Below, piece by piece: positions 27,401 to 39,745 of a stretch of 64,000 nucleotides of DNA (position 1 is the first letter of the stretch; each line of letters begins with the position of its first letter). Origin of the DNA: Epiperipatus broadwayi (taxonomy: Eukaryota; Animalia; Onychophora); the NCBI GenBank assembly GCA_028023455.1, contig JAQFVV010000004.1, positions 16,058,001-16,122,000 of the forward strand, in the 5' to 3' direction. Under the pieces are notes generated by a model that made no database searches, was not told the DNA's origin, and was given only the letters and a program-made list of their open reading frames with translations. A program made the position numbers and the translations under genes.

Positions 27401-29588
27401 ATTCCTATAATATAGTAAAGCTGTGAATGGAACAAAAAAGAGATAATTATTGAATTAACTGATAAAAGTATTATTTTAAGTTTTGTCACTGGAAATTGAT
27501 TGTTTATTAGAATTGCAACACCTTGAGCTGGTCTGATGTTTGGCTTGTATGTAAAAATGTATTTGCTATGCAGAGTGTTAATTATGGTTAGATTGGTTAC
27601 TCTGCTAATTTTCGTTTCTGTTATGACAAAAATGTCAGCATCATGATTATTTAAGAATTGAATCAATTGTGAGAGTCTATTATATGAGTTAATACCTCGT
27701 ATATTTATTGTGGCTGTTTTAATGTTAGACATGTTCAATGTTTAATGAGTTTGATTTAAGCTTTTTGTTTGGGTGCTTAGTATCACAATTAGATATTTTA
27801 ATTTTTTTACTATTGTCATTTGTAAGATGGATATCCGAATTTACTATTACACTATTTTGCTTTACTGTTATCTCAGGATAGTTTTTACTGTACAAAGAGT
27901 CTTGGCTATGGCTTAAAGATGAACTTTGTGTCAAACTGTTATTCAAATCCATTAATGGTTCCTGTGGATCATCAATGGAAATTGAGTTTTGTGATTGGTA
28001 ATTATGCTGTGAATGCATGTCAGGCAAATGGTTATTTATACTAAATTCTTGGTTAGGGAGACTTATGGTTGATTCATTATTGGGAAGATTAGAGAGTTGA
28101 ATCACCTCTGTATTTGATGAGAGAGTGTAATTTTTTGAAACCACGCTGGCCCATGGTAACTTTTCCTTATCTTTACTACAAAGGTGACCAAGTCTATCGA
28201 TTTTGCCACAACTTAAACAGTTACCAATGTTACATTGTGAAACTATATGCCCTATTCTGGAGCATTTGAAACATAGAGGTTGATGACCTTTAATACTAAT
28301 TGTGATGGAATGGATCTCATATAAATTCTATGTGGAAGTTCATCTGGTTTATGATTAGGTTTCATTTTTAGTGTAATTTTCCAGCAGTTTGTTGGAATCT
28401 CAAATTTTATATTAGGTGTGAGCTCTCTTGAGATATTTATTATCTGTGCAATTTCTGATATGTTTTTTTGTAGCACAACATCTGTAAAGTCTGGAGGTGC
28501 ATGCATGATGCGACCATAAACTATTGGATTAGGGTCTTTGGTGACGTAATATTTTTTTTTTAAAATTTAAATGTGTTACGGATTTTTCTGCTTCTTCGCG
28601 TTGTTGTTTTGAAAAATATTCTAAGCATATAAAAGATCTAGCTGGGAAAGTTGCTGTCGATTTTATATTTTTTATCATGTTATACTTTTGCAGTTCCTCT
28701 AGATAATCAGGTAGAGAAGGACGAGATAAAATTGGTTCATTGACTGCTGGATCATAGTTTTCTATTATACTAATAATGGATGTGGAAGGAGAGAGACTAT
28801 TTGCAAATATCTTTCGCCAATAATTATTAAGCTTGCTAAAAGAAGTATATTTAGTTTTATTTGTTTCTATATTATTTGCAATTGAGTTAATGTCTATAAA
28901 TTTCGTTGGATTACTGGAAATTGATGTAGAATCGTTTTTAATTTTTGTTATAGCTTTTTGACTCTTTTGTTCTGATGATGCAATTTCCGCTGTGTTAATA
29001 GCGACAGATACACTGCTATCACTAAGGAATGTTAGTGATTTAAATTTGCGCATTTTGCTGGGAGGACTAATATTTATATTATTATTATTTTCATTTAGTT
29101 CCATTTGTTCTCCCCATGTATGAACGTTATTTGAGGATTGAAAACTATCAGTGTTTTCCGGGATTCTTTTTTTCTTATTAGAAGCTTTTATATTATTAGA
29201 AGCTTTCATATTATTTTTTTGCACTTTTTTTGCTTGGTTATTTGCATGACTATTTGTTTGACTATTTGTTTTAAATTCGTTAAGAACAACAGAATTATTA
29301 GCTGTTTTACTGATATACGCATTAGATTTTACATTTTTTGATATTTCAGTTTTAATTGTTTTACTTTGGCATGTTGCTAAGCAGGAATTCCTGTTAAACT
29401 TGTCAATATCTGGTAGACTGTTATACTTCTTTTTTCTTAACATTTTAGACGTAGAAGTCATTAAAGGCAAATTATAATGAGATTTGCTTTTATAAAAATT
29501 ATTTTTTATCTAAACTTACCTTAAAGTTAAGACAGCTACGAGTTTAAACTTTTAAACAAGCAGCCATTTTAGCGTTCTAAAAAAACTC
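24402..29588 (-). mobile_element. Near full-length pseudogenised L1/Tx1-like LINE (ORF1 + ORF2), with poly(A) and TSD
   Basis: ORF1 pieces 29470-27725 with CCHC knuckles (LCFKCSRIGHIVSQC; CLSCGKIDRLGHLC). APE endonuclease 27738-27187 (NIRG, ETK, GDFN). RT 26393-25575 (DFKSAFD, QGSPLA, YVDD). zf-RVT 25262-24645. AATAAA + A-run at about 24404-24425. Putative TSD TCTAGATTT (24396-24404, 29589-29597). Multiple frameshifts. Confidence 0.9.
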
Positions 29589-29597
29589 TCTAGATTT

Positions 29598-30370
29598 GTC
29601 AATCAAATTTATACAGTTTAATTAGAGTATAAAACTTTTGTAATGTCAATTTTTTTTCAAATCTCAAGATCTTATTTTGACTTCATATGTTTACCATAGG
29701 TAACTTTTTCCATTAAACCGTTCTTATCATAAAGTTTGGTTTTAATTTCATGATTATCATGTGGATAGCATGAGAGTGGCTGACATTTGTGAGAAAAAAG
29801 AAAATCAAACATCTTTATATTTACACCAAGGACAGCTTCATCCATCTACCATATCTATGATTTGAATTTGAATACAGACTCGATAAACTTGAAATTTTTC
29901 AATAGCCTTAGGAATTTTCTTTGAGGAAGTTGATATATAGATAACTAAATTAATCATCGAATAGGATTAGTAAATGTAGGTTTAGATATTCTTAGCTATA
30001 GGATAAAACAAGGATAGAAAAATAATCAAATCCTTATTGTTTGAATTGATAAGCCTGGTGAGTACTACCTTTCCCCCAAATTTCTATGAGGGATTGTAAA
30101 CCCATTCTTGTAATAGGTATTTTAAAAAGGCCATTTTACTCATTTTTTAAAATCTATATAAATAAACCCAAAAGCCATGCTTGTGGATATATATATACCC
30201 ATTTATATACACATGTACATTAATTTTTAATTATATGTTGGACTATTTACATCATCTAGAATAACATAATTAGTTAGAAAATCATTTTATATTCAGTGTT
30301 TATGATTCTAAAGGTCAAAGTTCATTTTCCATACTAGTACTGTTTCTGCTCAGGTCATTAGCATCTGGAA
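29598..30370 (-). pseudogene. Old L1/Tx1-like LINE (host copy), N-terminal part of RT
   Basis: Decayed motifs RIINTEYKMIF (30277-30309), NGFTIPHRN (about 30080-30110) and CQPLSC (29767-29788), in the expected RT order leading to the YADD remnant on the far side of the insertion. Confidence 0.55.
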
Positions 30371-31440
30371 AAAGAAAGAAAAGTAATACCACTTGGAATG
30401 TGTTATATCCTAATCTGCACTATTGCTAACAGTTGAATGTATTTAAAAAGTTTAAATAAAGTTTGAATTTTTACTAAAGACATTTAACAATTAATTCTAG
30501 ATGATGGCAATAGTCCACATGTAGTTATAAATCAAATGTCATTACAAACCAATTTTTAAATACATGTACATTGTAGGGCAGAAATATAAGAAATAATATC
30601 TGTAAAATGAAAACTCTTATTTTTTTTAATCATTAAAAATAATTTTAATAATTTGTAAACATATATGAATTAAAGAAACTCTTTTATATGAATTGTAGAA
30701 ACAGCTTTGTGTTCAATTGTTATTGTTGCTAGTTCATTCAATCACTCTGAAATTATCATTAATCTAATATATATTTTTGTAAATTTTATTTTGAAAATCT
30801 TTCTAAAATTGCTACTGCTAATGCTTATGTTTGTTATCTGATGAATGAAAACAGACGTACTAATCACTGAAAATATATAAATAATAAATAGAATTAAAAA
30901 TGATAAATCTAGAAAAATTAATGATTATCATCAAAATTATTTGACAATTCAAAAACTCAGAGCTATTTGTCAGTTTCTTAGATTTACATATCCCTTGTGC
31001 TTCTGGAAAAGCAGTTTCTCTTTATTTCAAATTAATGTGAAACAGTGAAAACACACATATAGGGATTACATCATGTTATTTGATTTTTTTAAAGCTTTCG
31101 ATAATGGTAATCATTTTATTTCTAGTATAAAAAGTAAAATTTTAATGAACTTTCAGTTAAAATACTATTTTTTAAAATTAATTATTACATAATAGTAAAA
31201 AAAAAATCATGCATACTCACTAATCAGTAAAACAACAATTTTTGAATTATTTTTCTGAATGTGAATTTGATTTTCATGTTATACTATTGATAAGTTGATT
31301 TAAATTATTATTTTTAAGTCAAAATAATTGCAATGTGATCTCTATTAATAAAGAAACAGAAAGTCATTTGAAAAGTTGGCAGTTAAATATGGCTGATATT
31401 ATGGATATACAACTTTCATTTTAATTAAAATAAACTTTTT

Positions 31441-31533
31441 TTTTTTTCATATGTCAAAGCATTGACCAGGAAGCGAACCCAGACGAACTGCTTGGAAGGC
31501 AGCTATGCTAACCGCTAGGCCACCAACACTTGA
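31441..31533 (-). mobile_element. tRNA-Gly(TCC)-derived minimal SINE or tRNA pseudogene with short tail and poly(A)
   Basis: 31529->31458 reads GTGTTGGTGGCCTAGCGGTTAGCATAGCTGCC-TTCCAA-GCAGTTCGTCTGGGTTCGCTTCCTGGTCAATGC, very close to metazoan tRNA-Gly-TCC. Several G-U pairs in the stems and T-loop A58>C. Followed by TTTGACATATG and an A-run. Confidence 0.8.
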
Positions 31534-33344
31534 TGATTAAGTTAAACTTTTGCTGTATTTTTGAATAAAATGAGCTTTTGCACCACAATTGAAAATTTTT
31601 CAGTCTCTAATCATAATGTTCCTTTTAACATTGTATTTTACTTTTTTTACCATAAAAATTAAAAGTATTTTCAAAACAAATATATAATGTAAAAAAAAAT
31701 ACTCATATGTCATATGGTAGAGGTCTGTTTCAGAAGAATAATATTCTGCATTCTGAAATCCAAGAATTGGTATACACACATATTTTTTAAATGTTTTATG
31801 TTCAACCATCACAAAAATATGCACAAAGGCTACAATTTCTATTGCGCACTCATTAATGAATAAGTTGTTAAAAAAGCATATCAAAATGTACTTATCCATA
31901 TGTTATGTGAATATCATTAATACATATTGATTCTTTAAAGTATATGACATTTAAAACCAAATAAATTTGCAATTATATGCTAAAAATAACACATAACAGG
32001 AAAAAATATGGCAAAAGCTTATTATGTTTGAACACTTTTACTTCTTACATTGTGAGTAGCAAAAATATCATTGAAGATTATATTTTGTGAAATGATTAAA
32101 TATTTAAAAAGTATATCACTTTATTGAATAATAATTTGCAATTTTACACTAAGAAATTTATCTTTAAACAAGTAATAATAACAACAACAACAACAAAAAA
32201 TAGAGTGAAAATTTCTCATATCTGAGCTTATTTTACATTAGTCATCATAATATAGTAAAGCATTTGCTCAAAGATTAGAGTGTCTGTCACACAGTCTTTT
32301 ATTTAAAAAAATATGAATTGTTAAAAAATCAAGGAAAATCTTGTTTATCCATATGCTGTGTCAAACCAGCAAAATGTATTTAATCTCATTTATCTTCATA
32401 TATATTGCTTATAATACTTCATTCTTATACACTTTAATGCAACTAATTTTTTTAAAAACTTCTTTATTTTCTTACAGTTTCGATTGTCCAGCAGTCTTTA
32501 TCGGAGATACAAGATTTGAATAATATAAATACATAATCATCATTTCACATATATATAAATAAATAATCATCATTTCACATATATAAATAAAATATATATA
32601 TATATATATCCATCATTTTACACACATATAAAATACACACATATATATATATCAAAATATACATATATATCTTCATATATAAAGCAATTGTATGCTAAAG
32701 AAATATCTCAATGTAAAGACATTGTTAATGAATCATCTAATATCCAGTTGCTTTTATGTTCACTGTCATATTTTATAATTTATATAAAAACTTTTTAATG
32801 AAAAAATTGAATTGTTTATAAATCATATCAATTTATCTATTACTGATTCTTAGCTGAATATAAAATGAAAAAGTGAAAAGCTTATTCACAAAAGAAATGT
32901 CAACTTAAAATCAATAATGGTAAATCATTTAATATCCAATCACTTTTACATGAGGATATATCTCCTAATACAATAATTTGTAAAGCAGCATTTAAAAAAA
33001 AGCAACTTTCATTCACAAATTATTTTCTGCATATGTACTGTGAAATTTCTTCATAATTAAATAAATGTAAATAATAAATTTATTTATATTTGTTTAATTA
33101 CGTTTTTTAAATACTGTTTTTTAAATACTATTCACTATTACCTCCCATTTAATACATTACACTATTAAAAGGCATTTAAATTACAAATTTTTTTTTCCAA
33201 TTTATGTTTTTTTTTTTATTAATCTCTTTTAAAACAATATTAATAAATAATATATATATAAATAATGTGTTTATGTAAATAGCTGACTAAAATGTAGAAA
33301 AATAACAAAATAATCCACTCCTTGGTTAATTGGCTATTCTTGGT

Positions 33345-33544
33345 AAATATCAAAGATCTCAAGAATCTAGACCTGTTATAAAACAATTTGGAATTGCAGG
33401 AATATTATCATTTCAAAGCACCATTTGAGACCTTTTTGGTTTTTATGATTTATTGAAGCCTCAAATGCTTTTATGAAATGACAATATTCCTGAAATTTCC
33501 AATTGTTTTATAACAAGTCTAGATTCTTAAGATTTCTGATATTT
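33345..33544. repeat. About 200-bp imperfect palindrome (foldback/MITE-like)
   Basis: About 75-bp inverted arms plus an inner catttgag/ctcaaatg pairing. No TSD or ribozyme core recognised. Confidence 0.7.
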
Positions 33545-36500
33545 TTCAATAATGGAAAATTAACTAAGAAGCAAATTACTTTATTTTTTACATATTATTT
33601 TTTAACTTTTTATTTATATATTATTTTTAAAAATGGTTAAAACTATAAAAAAAAGTCTAACAGAATTTATAATTTAATAATGAGATGTAAAAATAAAAAA
33701 TACACTCTCTAACAAACAAATTCTAAATTTAAATATCATATGATCATCTACTATATAAAAATATTTCTGTATTGGCTTTTTAATTAAGTATGAGTTAAAT
33801 CAATATTAACAAAATTTTATTTTACAAATGTAATGTTTCTGTCAGATATATATATATATTATTTTAATTAATTTAATTAAGTATGAGTTAAATCAATATT
33901 ATATTAACAAAATGTTATTCTACAAAATGTAATATTTCCATTGGCTTACTTATTAAGAATTTTCTCAAAAAGTGTAAGGATGTGAGTTCGAGTTTTAAAC
34001 AGAAATGGATTTTTTTCATTGTTAAAAATTCAAAAATGTGAACATACGGACAGAAGCATAAGCAGACAGGGAAAGCTAACACAAGTGCATTTAATTACAT
34101 TTAAATTACACAATTTCTGTTATGATTCAAACAAGTATATAACTCTCATATAACTTTAATGATGGTTTACCATTTGGATTAATATATCAAGTATATTAAT
34201 ATCTAATTATTGGACTAGAAATTGTTAATTTTTTTTAGCCCAATCATAGAATTTAAACTAAGTTATATTTCAATAAATATACTATTATAAACTCCAATCA
34301 TGGATAGCATTTTGTGAGTTTTTTTTCTATTTTTATATATCATTTGTTGGAAAGAGTGATTACATTTAACTGAAGATTCTTAATATTTAAATTATGCTAA
34401 TAAATTATGTCTAACTTATCCAATTAAAACTTTTTTTTAAAATTAACAAGTACAGGAATATTTTTTTAACATCTTTTTATCATTATAATTATTTGGATGA
34501 CTTTGTTTACATGTAAAAATTTCTGAATCTAAAAATAGTAAAGGGCTAAAGGTTTCATAATATCATCAACCTATATTATATAATTTGTTATGTTATATAT
34601 TTCATTTTAAAGAAATTATGTGACCTGTTAATCATATTTTTAAGAGATCAAGTGTTAGTTTGCTTTGTTGACATTAAATGTTCAGAACCAGAATTCAAGT
34701 CTTTATTTATTTGCAAGTTTTAAATGTTAACATTTATATGGGAAAAAAAATCACCAGATGTTTAGAATTTTTTTTTTTTAATATAAATTTATATATATGA
34801 ATATATCTGTAGAAACACACATTTATGTGCACACATTAGTATACATGCATGTCATTTATTTTCACATATAGCACACTTAGTTTACACATTTATTATATTA
34901 TTTATAGAGATCATAGATTTCAAAGCATTTAAGAAAATGTCCAAAAGTTTTGATCAATGCCTGGTATAGGTGGAGAAAGAAAAAAATTGCATTATGTTTT
35001 TTTCAATGAATACAAATTATATATTGATATAAATACATAAGTGATAAATAAGTAATCTTAAATTTATGTTGATGTTTTATATAAAGGAAAACAATGTTAG
35101 CTTTAGCAATATAGTTATTTAATGAATACATATACATACTATATAATTATTATATAAAGTTTAACAAAATCCAGAGAATTGATTTGTTGGCTACTCAACA
35201 AAACCTACAGACAAAATTCTATATATCAATCAGATAATATAAAAATAAATCCCAAGTTGATCTTCTGTATAAAGGTTATGGTCTCATAGGAAATTAATTC
35301 AATAGAAATTTCACCTTGAAAAAATATCTAGTGGTAACACATTTTACTTTTAAATAGCCGTTGGATTTAATCTTCCTTTAATCTGAAATCCTTTGAGGTT
35401 CAGGATGAGATGTTAGAGATCTTCAGGCAATAAATATTACAACTTCTTAGTTTTCAGTTAATTGGTTTTTTAATAATACTATAATAAATATTAGATACAT
35501 AAATAAATCAAATTTTACTATAAAAATTCCTCATCAATTATGAATTTAGTAAACATAAGTTTTACTTAAACTAATTGCAATTGAATTTATGCTATAGATA
35601 TTTTATTCATATTTCCATAAAGTATATATTATATATGCTTCAAAGAAGATTACACTTCCATATATTTATTAAGAGATAATCATTGAAGTGGAAACATATA
35701 ATTTATATTGGCAAGTATATGTCATATCAATAACTAAATTCCACAGAAATAAATTTTAACTGATTTCTTTAGACTTTCCTAGAATAGTTTGCTGAATTTA
35801 ACTTTTATTTATTGTCAAACACATAAGAATGTCCAGATTTTTTTCCATATCATTTTTGATTGCTTATGACAATAGTAAATATTGAATTTAGCTACAGATC
35901 AACTTTAGATTACTCATGAAATAATCATTGCAATATTATCATAATGTTCACACAGATAGTAATTTTTTACTGTGAAATCATTTTGTAAATCAGTTTTTTT
36001 ATTAGTTATTTATTATAGAATACACACACATCTTCATTTTATCTTTTCTATGTTTATAAATTGCTAAATAAAGTGAACAATTCGAAGACAGATGTTTAAT
36101 AAAAATATGTTTGTTTTGAATAAATTTGGAATAAACTAATCATTTATTTACTAAAATAAAAAAAGCATTTTTTTAAATATTGGATGACAGCAACCCTTTA
36201 TTAAAATTGGAGAAAGAAATCACATGTTCAAAAAAAATCAGTGTTTAAAAATCTAGACTGCATTTTAGTTACTATAAAAACAAGAAACAATTTTCATAAG
36301 GAAAACAAATATATTTTATTTCTTTTAAAAGTTTTGTGTTTTAACCTTATCTTATAAATAAATTTTGGACCTGCAGCAAAGAAAATGTATAATGAATAAA
36401 AGATTCTGGAAGGAAGGAACAGGAGTTCCTTTTGTTTAAGATCTATGATTTAAATGGAATGATTAATAACAAAACATTCGAATTTAAGACTGTAAAAATT

Positions 36501-37667
36501 TATATTTAATGTTCTGATATTTTGCAATAATATTGTAAATTGGACAAAGGAAAATAATTGGGAAATAATTCAGCAACATTTAAGGATTAAAAATATCGAT
36601 GGAACCATTATATATAAGTATGCTAACAAGAAGATGTCAAAGGAAATATTGAAAGGTAAGAGAGCACAATTGAAATTTTATATAAGCTAACATTAATAGA
36701 AACTCAAAAAAAAATCACTTACCAACAACAGTCAAAAGTAATATTTATAAATGTTTATAAAATCTTTCTTCTAAAATAATAATATTAATTACCATGCAAT
36801 TTAGACTGTTATTTGATATCTTAATTAACCTTTTTGCAATCCCTCAGATTTCATCATTTTTCTTTATCTCATGTTCAACGTTGGGTATAAACTTAATGAG
36901 AAAATCTAATAAGTTTAATAAATTAAAGAAAATCAAAAGTCTGATTCTGTTTTAATAGTAAGTAAAAGATTTATAACTTTTAAGATTAGAAAAATATTAT
37001 TTTTTAAAAGTAATAACAGTTTAAAATTTAAGGGGGGTAATAATACAGTGTTAATGAAATAAAACACTTGAAGGAATTCGAGTTTATATTTCCTTCATAA
37101 GATAAACTAAAAATAACTCATCAAAGTCAGAGAGATAATGATGTGAATTCTCTTATGCATTACTGTTGGTGATTTGCTTTTATTGGCTTTGACATAGTTG
37201 CAAAATAAGGAAAACCAATTTGGCATATAACTTTTTTTTAAAAATAGTGTATCTTAATGATATAAAAAGTTTGTAAAGCTGCTTTAAGAAATTTTGTTAA
37301 GAGAAAGAGAAGCAATGGAAAATTATAACCGGTGATTATTACATAATATATCTTGGTCTATTGTATAATTATCAATCTTCAGGAATAGAATTTTACACAT
37401 GTAATAATAATTATTATAAATAAAAGATGTTAAATTAAAATAAAATGATTTCATTTAGATAATGTTAACTTAATATCATGCAAAGTAATTTATATAAAAA
37501 ACAAAATATTAACTTTTTTTAGATTTTATTAAATTATAAATTGAGGTCAAAAGATTTTGATTAAATCAATGAATGACATTTTAATGTATCCAGTAGATTT
37601 CATTGTTCTGTTAGCAATGCTTTGATGTTTATAAACTTTTAAGCGTAAATAAATCAGTATTTTCATT

Positions 37668-38455
37668 TTTAAATCTGTTAGAATAAACCATACACACATT
37701 AATTACAAATTATAACTCCGAAAACAAAATATGATATAAGACCAATATCTAGCGATAAATATCAACAAATAATTATTTCTCCGAACGTATTTGAAGGCTT
37801 ACCCTTCATTATCAAGGACTACAACATTTCTTATTATCTCCAACAATATACTGATATGCAAATATATGAAATGAATCAGGTGAATATGCAAATAAGGTTC
37901 AGAGCATCTCAGCACGCCATTTCTTTGATAAAGCATAAAAAGACTCCCTCTTATTTAATGCATGCTCATCCGAAATGATAAAAAATGCTTCTTTAATTTT
38001 CCTTCTCAGATCACTTCGTTCCCTACATAATACTTTAGGCTCATCTGGTCTGCATGCATGACCCGCAGCAATTGCATGTTGTACAAAAATTGATGGGTGG
38101 GATGAATCAGCTAAAGCTCTATTATATGAATATACATGTTGGGACAATCTAACATGAGCATGCATTAAATAAGAGGGAGTCTTTTTACGCTTTATCAAAG
38201 AAATGGCATGCTGAGGCGCTTTGAACCTTATTTGCATATTCACCTGATTCATTTTGTATATTTGCATATCAGTATATTTTTGGAGATAATAAGAAATGTT
38301 GTAGTCCTTGATAATGAAGGGTAAGCCTTCGAAGACATTCAGAGAAATAATTATTTGTTGATATTTATCGCTAGATATTGGTCTTATATCATATTTTGTT
38401 TTCGGAGTTATAATTTGTAATTAATGTGTGTATGGTTTATTCTAACAGATTTAAA
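37668..38455 (-). mobile_element. 5'-truncated Penelope-like element with an inverted terminal copy (302-bp arms, 184-bp loop)
   Basis: Arms at 37668-37969 and 38154-38455. Loop plus left arm encode a GIY-YIG C-terminus: RLSQH..SIFVQHAIAAGH..KVLCRE..RRKIKEAFFII..ALNKRE..LSKKW. Confidence 0.85.
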
Positions 38456-38898
38456 TTTTACATTAGTATCTTTAACACTCATTCATTTGGTTTTATATAT
38501 ATATTTTCATTTTTGTAAATTATGAGGGAAGGAAAATCTTATTTGTCTGTTTCCTATACTCATCAGAAATAAATGAATTTCTTTTTATTATAACTTTTAT
38601 TTTTGTTTGTGGGTTTATACAGATTATTCTTTACTGTTAAAGTGCAAACTGTAAAATAAGTTTTTAATTTACTTAATCAATGTTTAGATTTTAATTTAGT
38701 TAATCTGTATTAGATAAAAATGTTTAAAAAAGTATAGATATACAAGAGAGTACCCAAAATAACCAGAATTTTATAATAAAAAATTATTTATTTATTTTTA
38801 CCTTTTGTAAATTTAACCTCTTTCAAATTACTGTACATTTGATGCAATACACTGCCTAAACATGTTTTTCATTTTTTAAAGTAGTTCAGAAACACAAA

Positions 38899-38965
38899 AC
38901 TCCTGTATCGTTTTTCCCCCCACAAAGTGATGCCTTTTAACTCCTGTATCGTTTTCCCCCCACCA
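38899..38965. repeat. Short direct duplication aactcctgtatcgtttt(t)ccccccac x2
   Basis: Two copies about 40 bp apart. Confidence 0.6.
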
Positions 38966-39522
38966 CTTCTAAGTTCACACCCACAAATTGAGGCATTATT
39001 TTTATTCAAGGGATTAAAACAAAACCACATGAAATGAGATCAAGCAAATATGGGTGATAGATAAGCTGAGTCATGCTGAATTTAATTAAAAAGTGTTTCT
39101 CACTCAAGACTTTGAGAGATGACACTTTGTCAGGATGAAGCTCTCTTTGCTCGAAAATTAAACATTTACCTTTTTCAAATAAAATTCCTCATGATTATGA
39201 ACTGAATCTGAGAGGAAAATGTTGTCTGCATAAAAAAGAAATCAGCATTATTTTGGCTTTGGACTTGACTCACCACACTTTTTAGGAACATGGTGAATTT
39301 AACATTTCAATTAAACTACTCATAAACTTGTATTTTTACAAGATCAGCTTGCTTGTAATCTGTTTCAAGTATCACAACTGTTTCCCCTTCCATTTTCTAT
39401 AAATGAACAGAACTTCATACTGTTTGAGCTTTTCAATCATTATAAAATTTGTCAAATATGCAAACCATAGTCAAAATAAGAGTCATAGATCACATGACCC
39501 TATTCTCTTAAGCTTGTAAGTT

Positions 39523-39745
39523 ATAAACAATGAGGATTGCCAATTCCTCAACAAGCTTTGTGTTAAATGCTTAGCCAGTGAAAGCATTTAAAATATCTCT
39601 GTCAGGACCCCCCCCCAAACTCCTGACCATGGTTTCATGCTTTGGCACTCCTCAGAACACCTCCGGCAGAGATATTTTAAATGCTTTCACTGGCTAAGCA
39701 TTTAACACAAAGCTTGTTGAGGAATTGGCAATCCTCATTGTTTAT
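39523..39745 (-). mobile_element. Foldback mini-element with identical 79-bp inverted arms and an HHR core in the 65-bp loop
   Basis: 39523-39601 and 39667-39745 are exact reverse complements. The loop (minus) reads CTGAGGA GTGC CAAA GCAT GAAAC CATG GTC AGGAG. Confidence 0.8.

Noticed and set aside
31458-31529. Functional tRNA-Gly gene
   Set aside because: It has multiple G-U pairs, A58>C, and a tail plus poly(A) shared with a second diverged copy, so it is better explained as a SINE or pseudogene.
36440-36665. Open stretch ending at an AAG|GTAAGA donor
   Set aside because: It is interrupted by a stop or frameshift upstream, has no clear acceptor and no recognisable domain.
37899-38267. 122-aa ORF as a real protein
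   Set aside because: Its N-terminal third is read from the inverted arm. Only the part from about 38153 downward is GIY-YIG sequence.
39129-39160. CAGGATGA-AGC..GCT-CGAAAA motif
   Set aside because: The core start is wrong and there is no stem I or III, so it is too degenerate to call.
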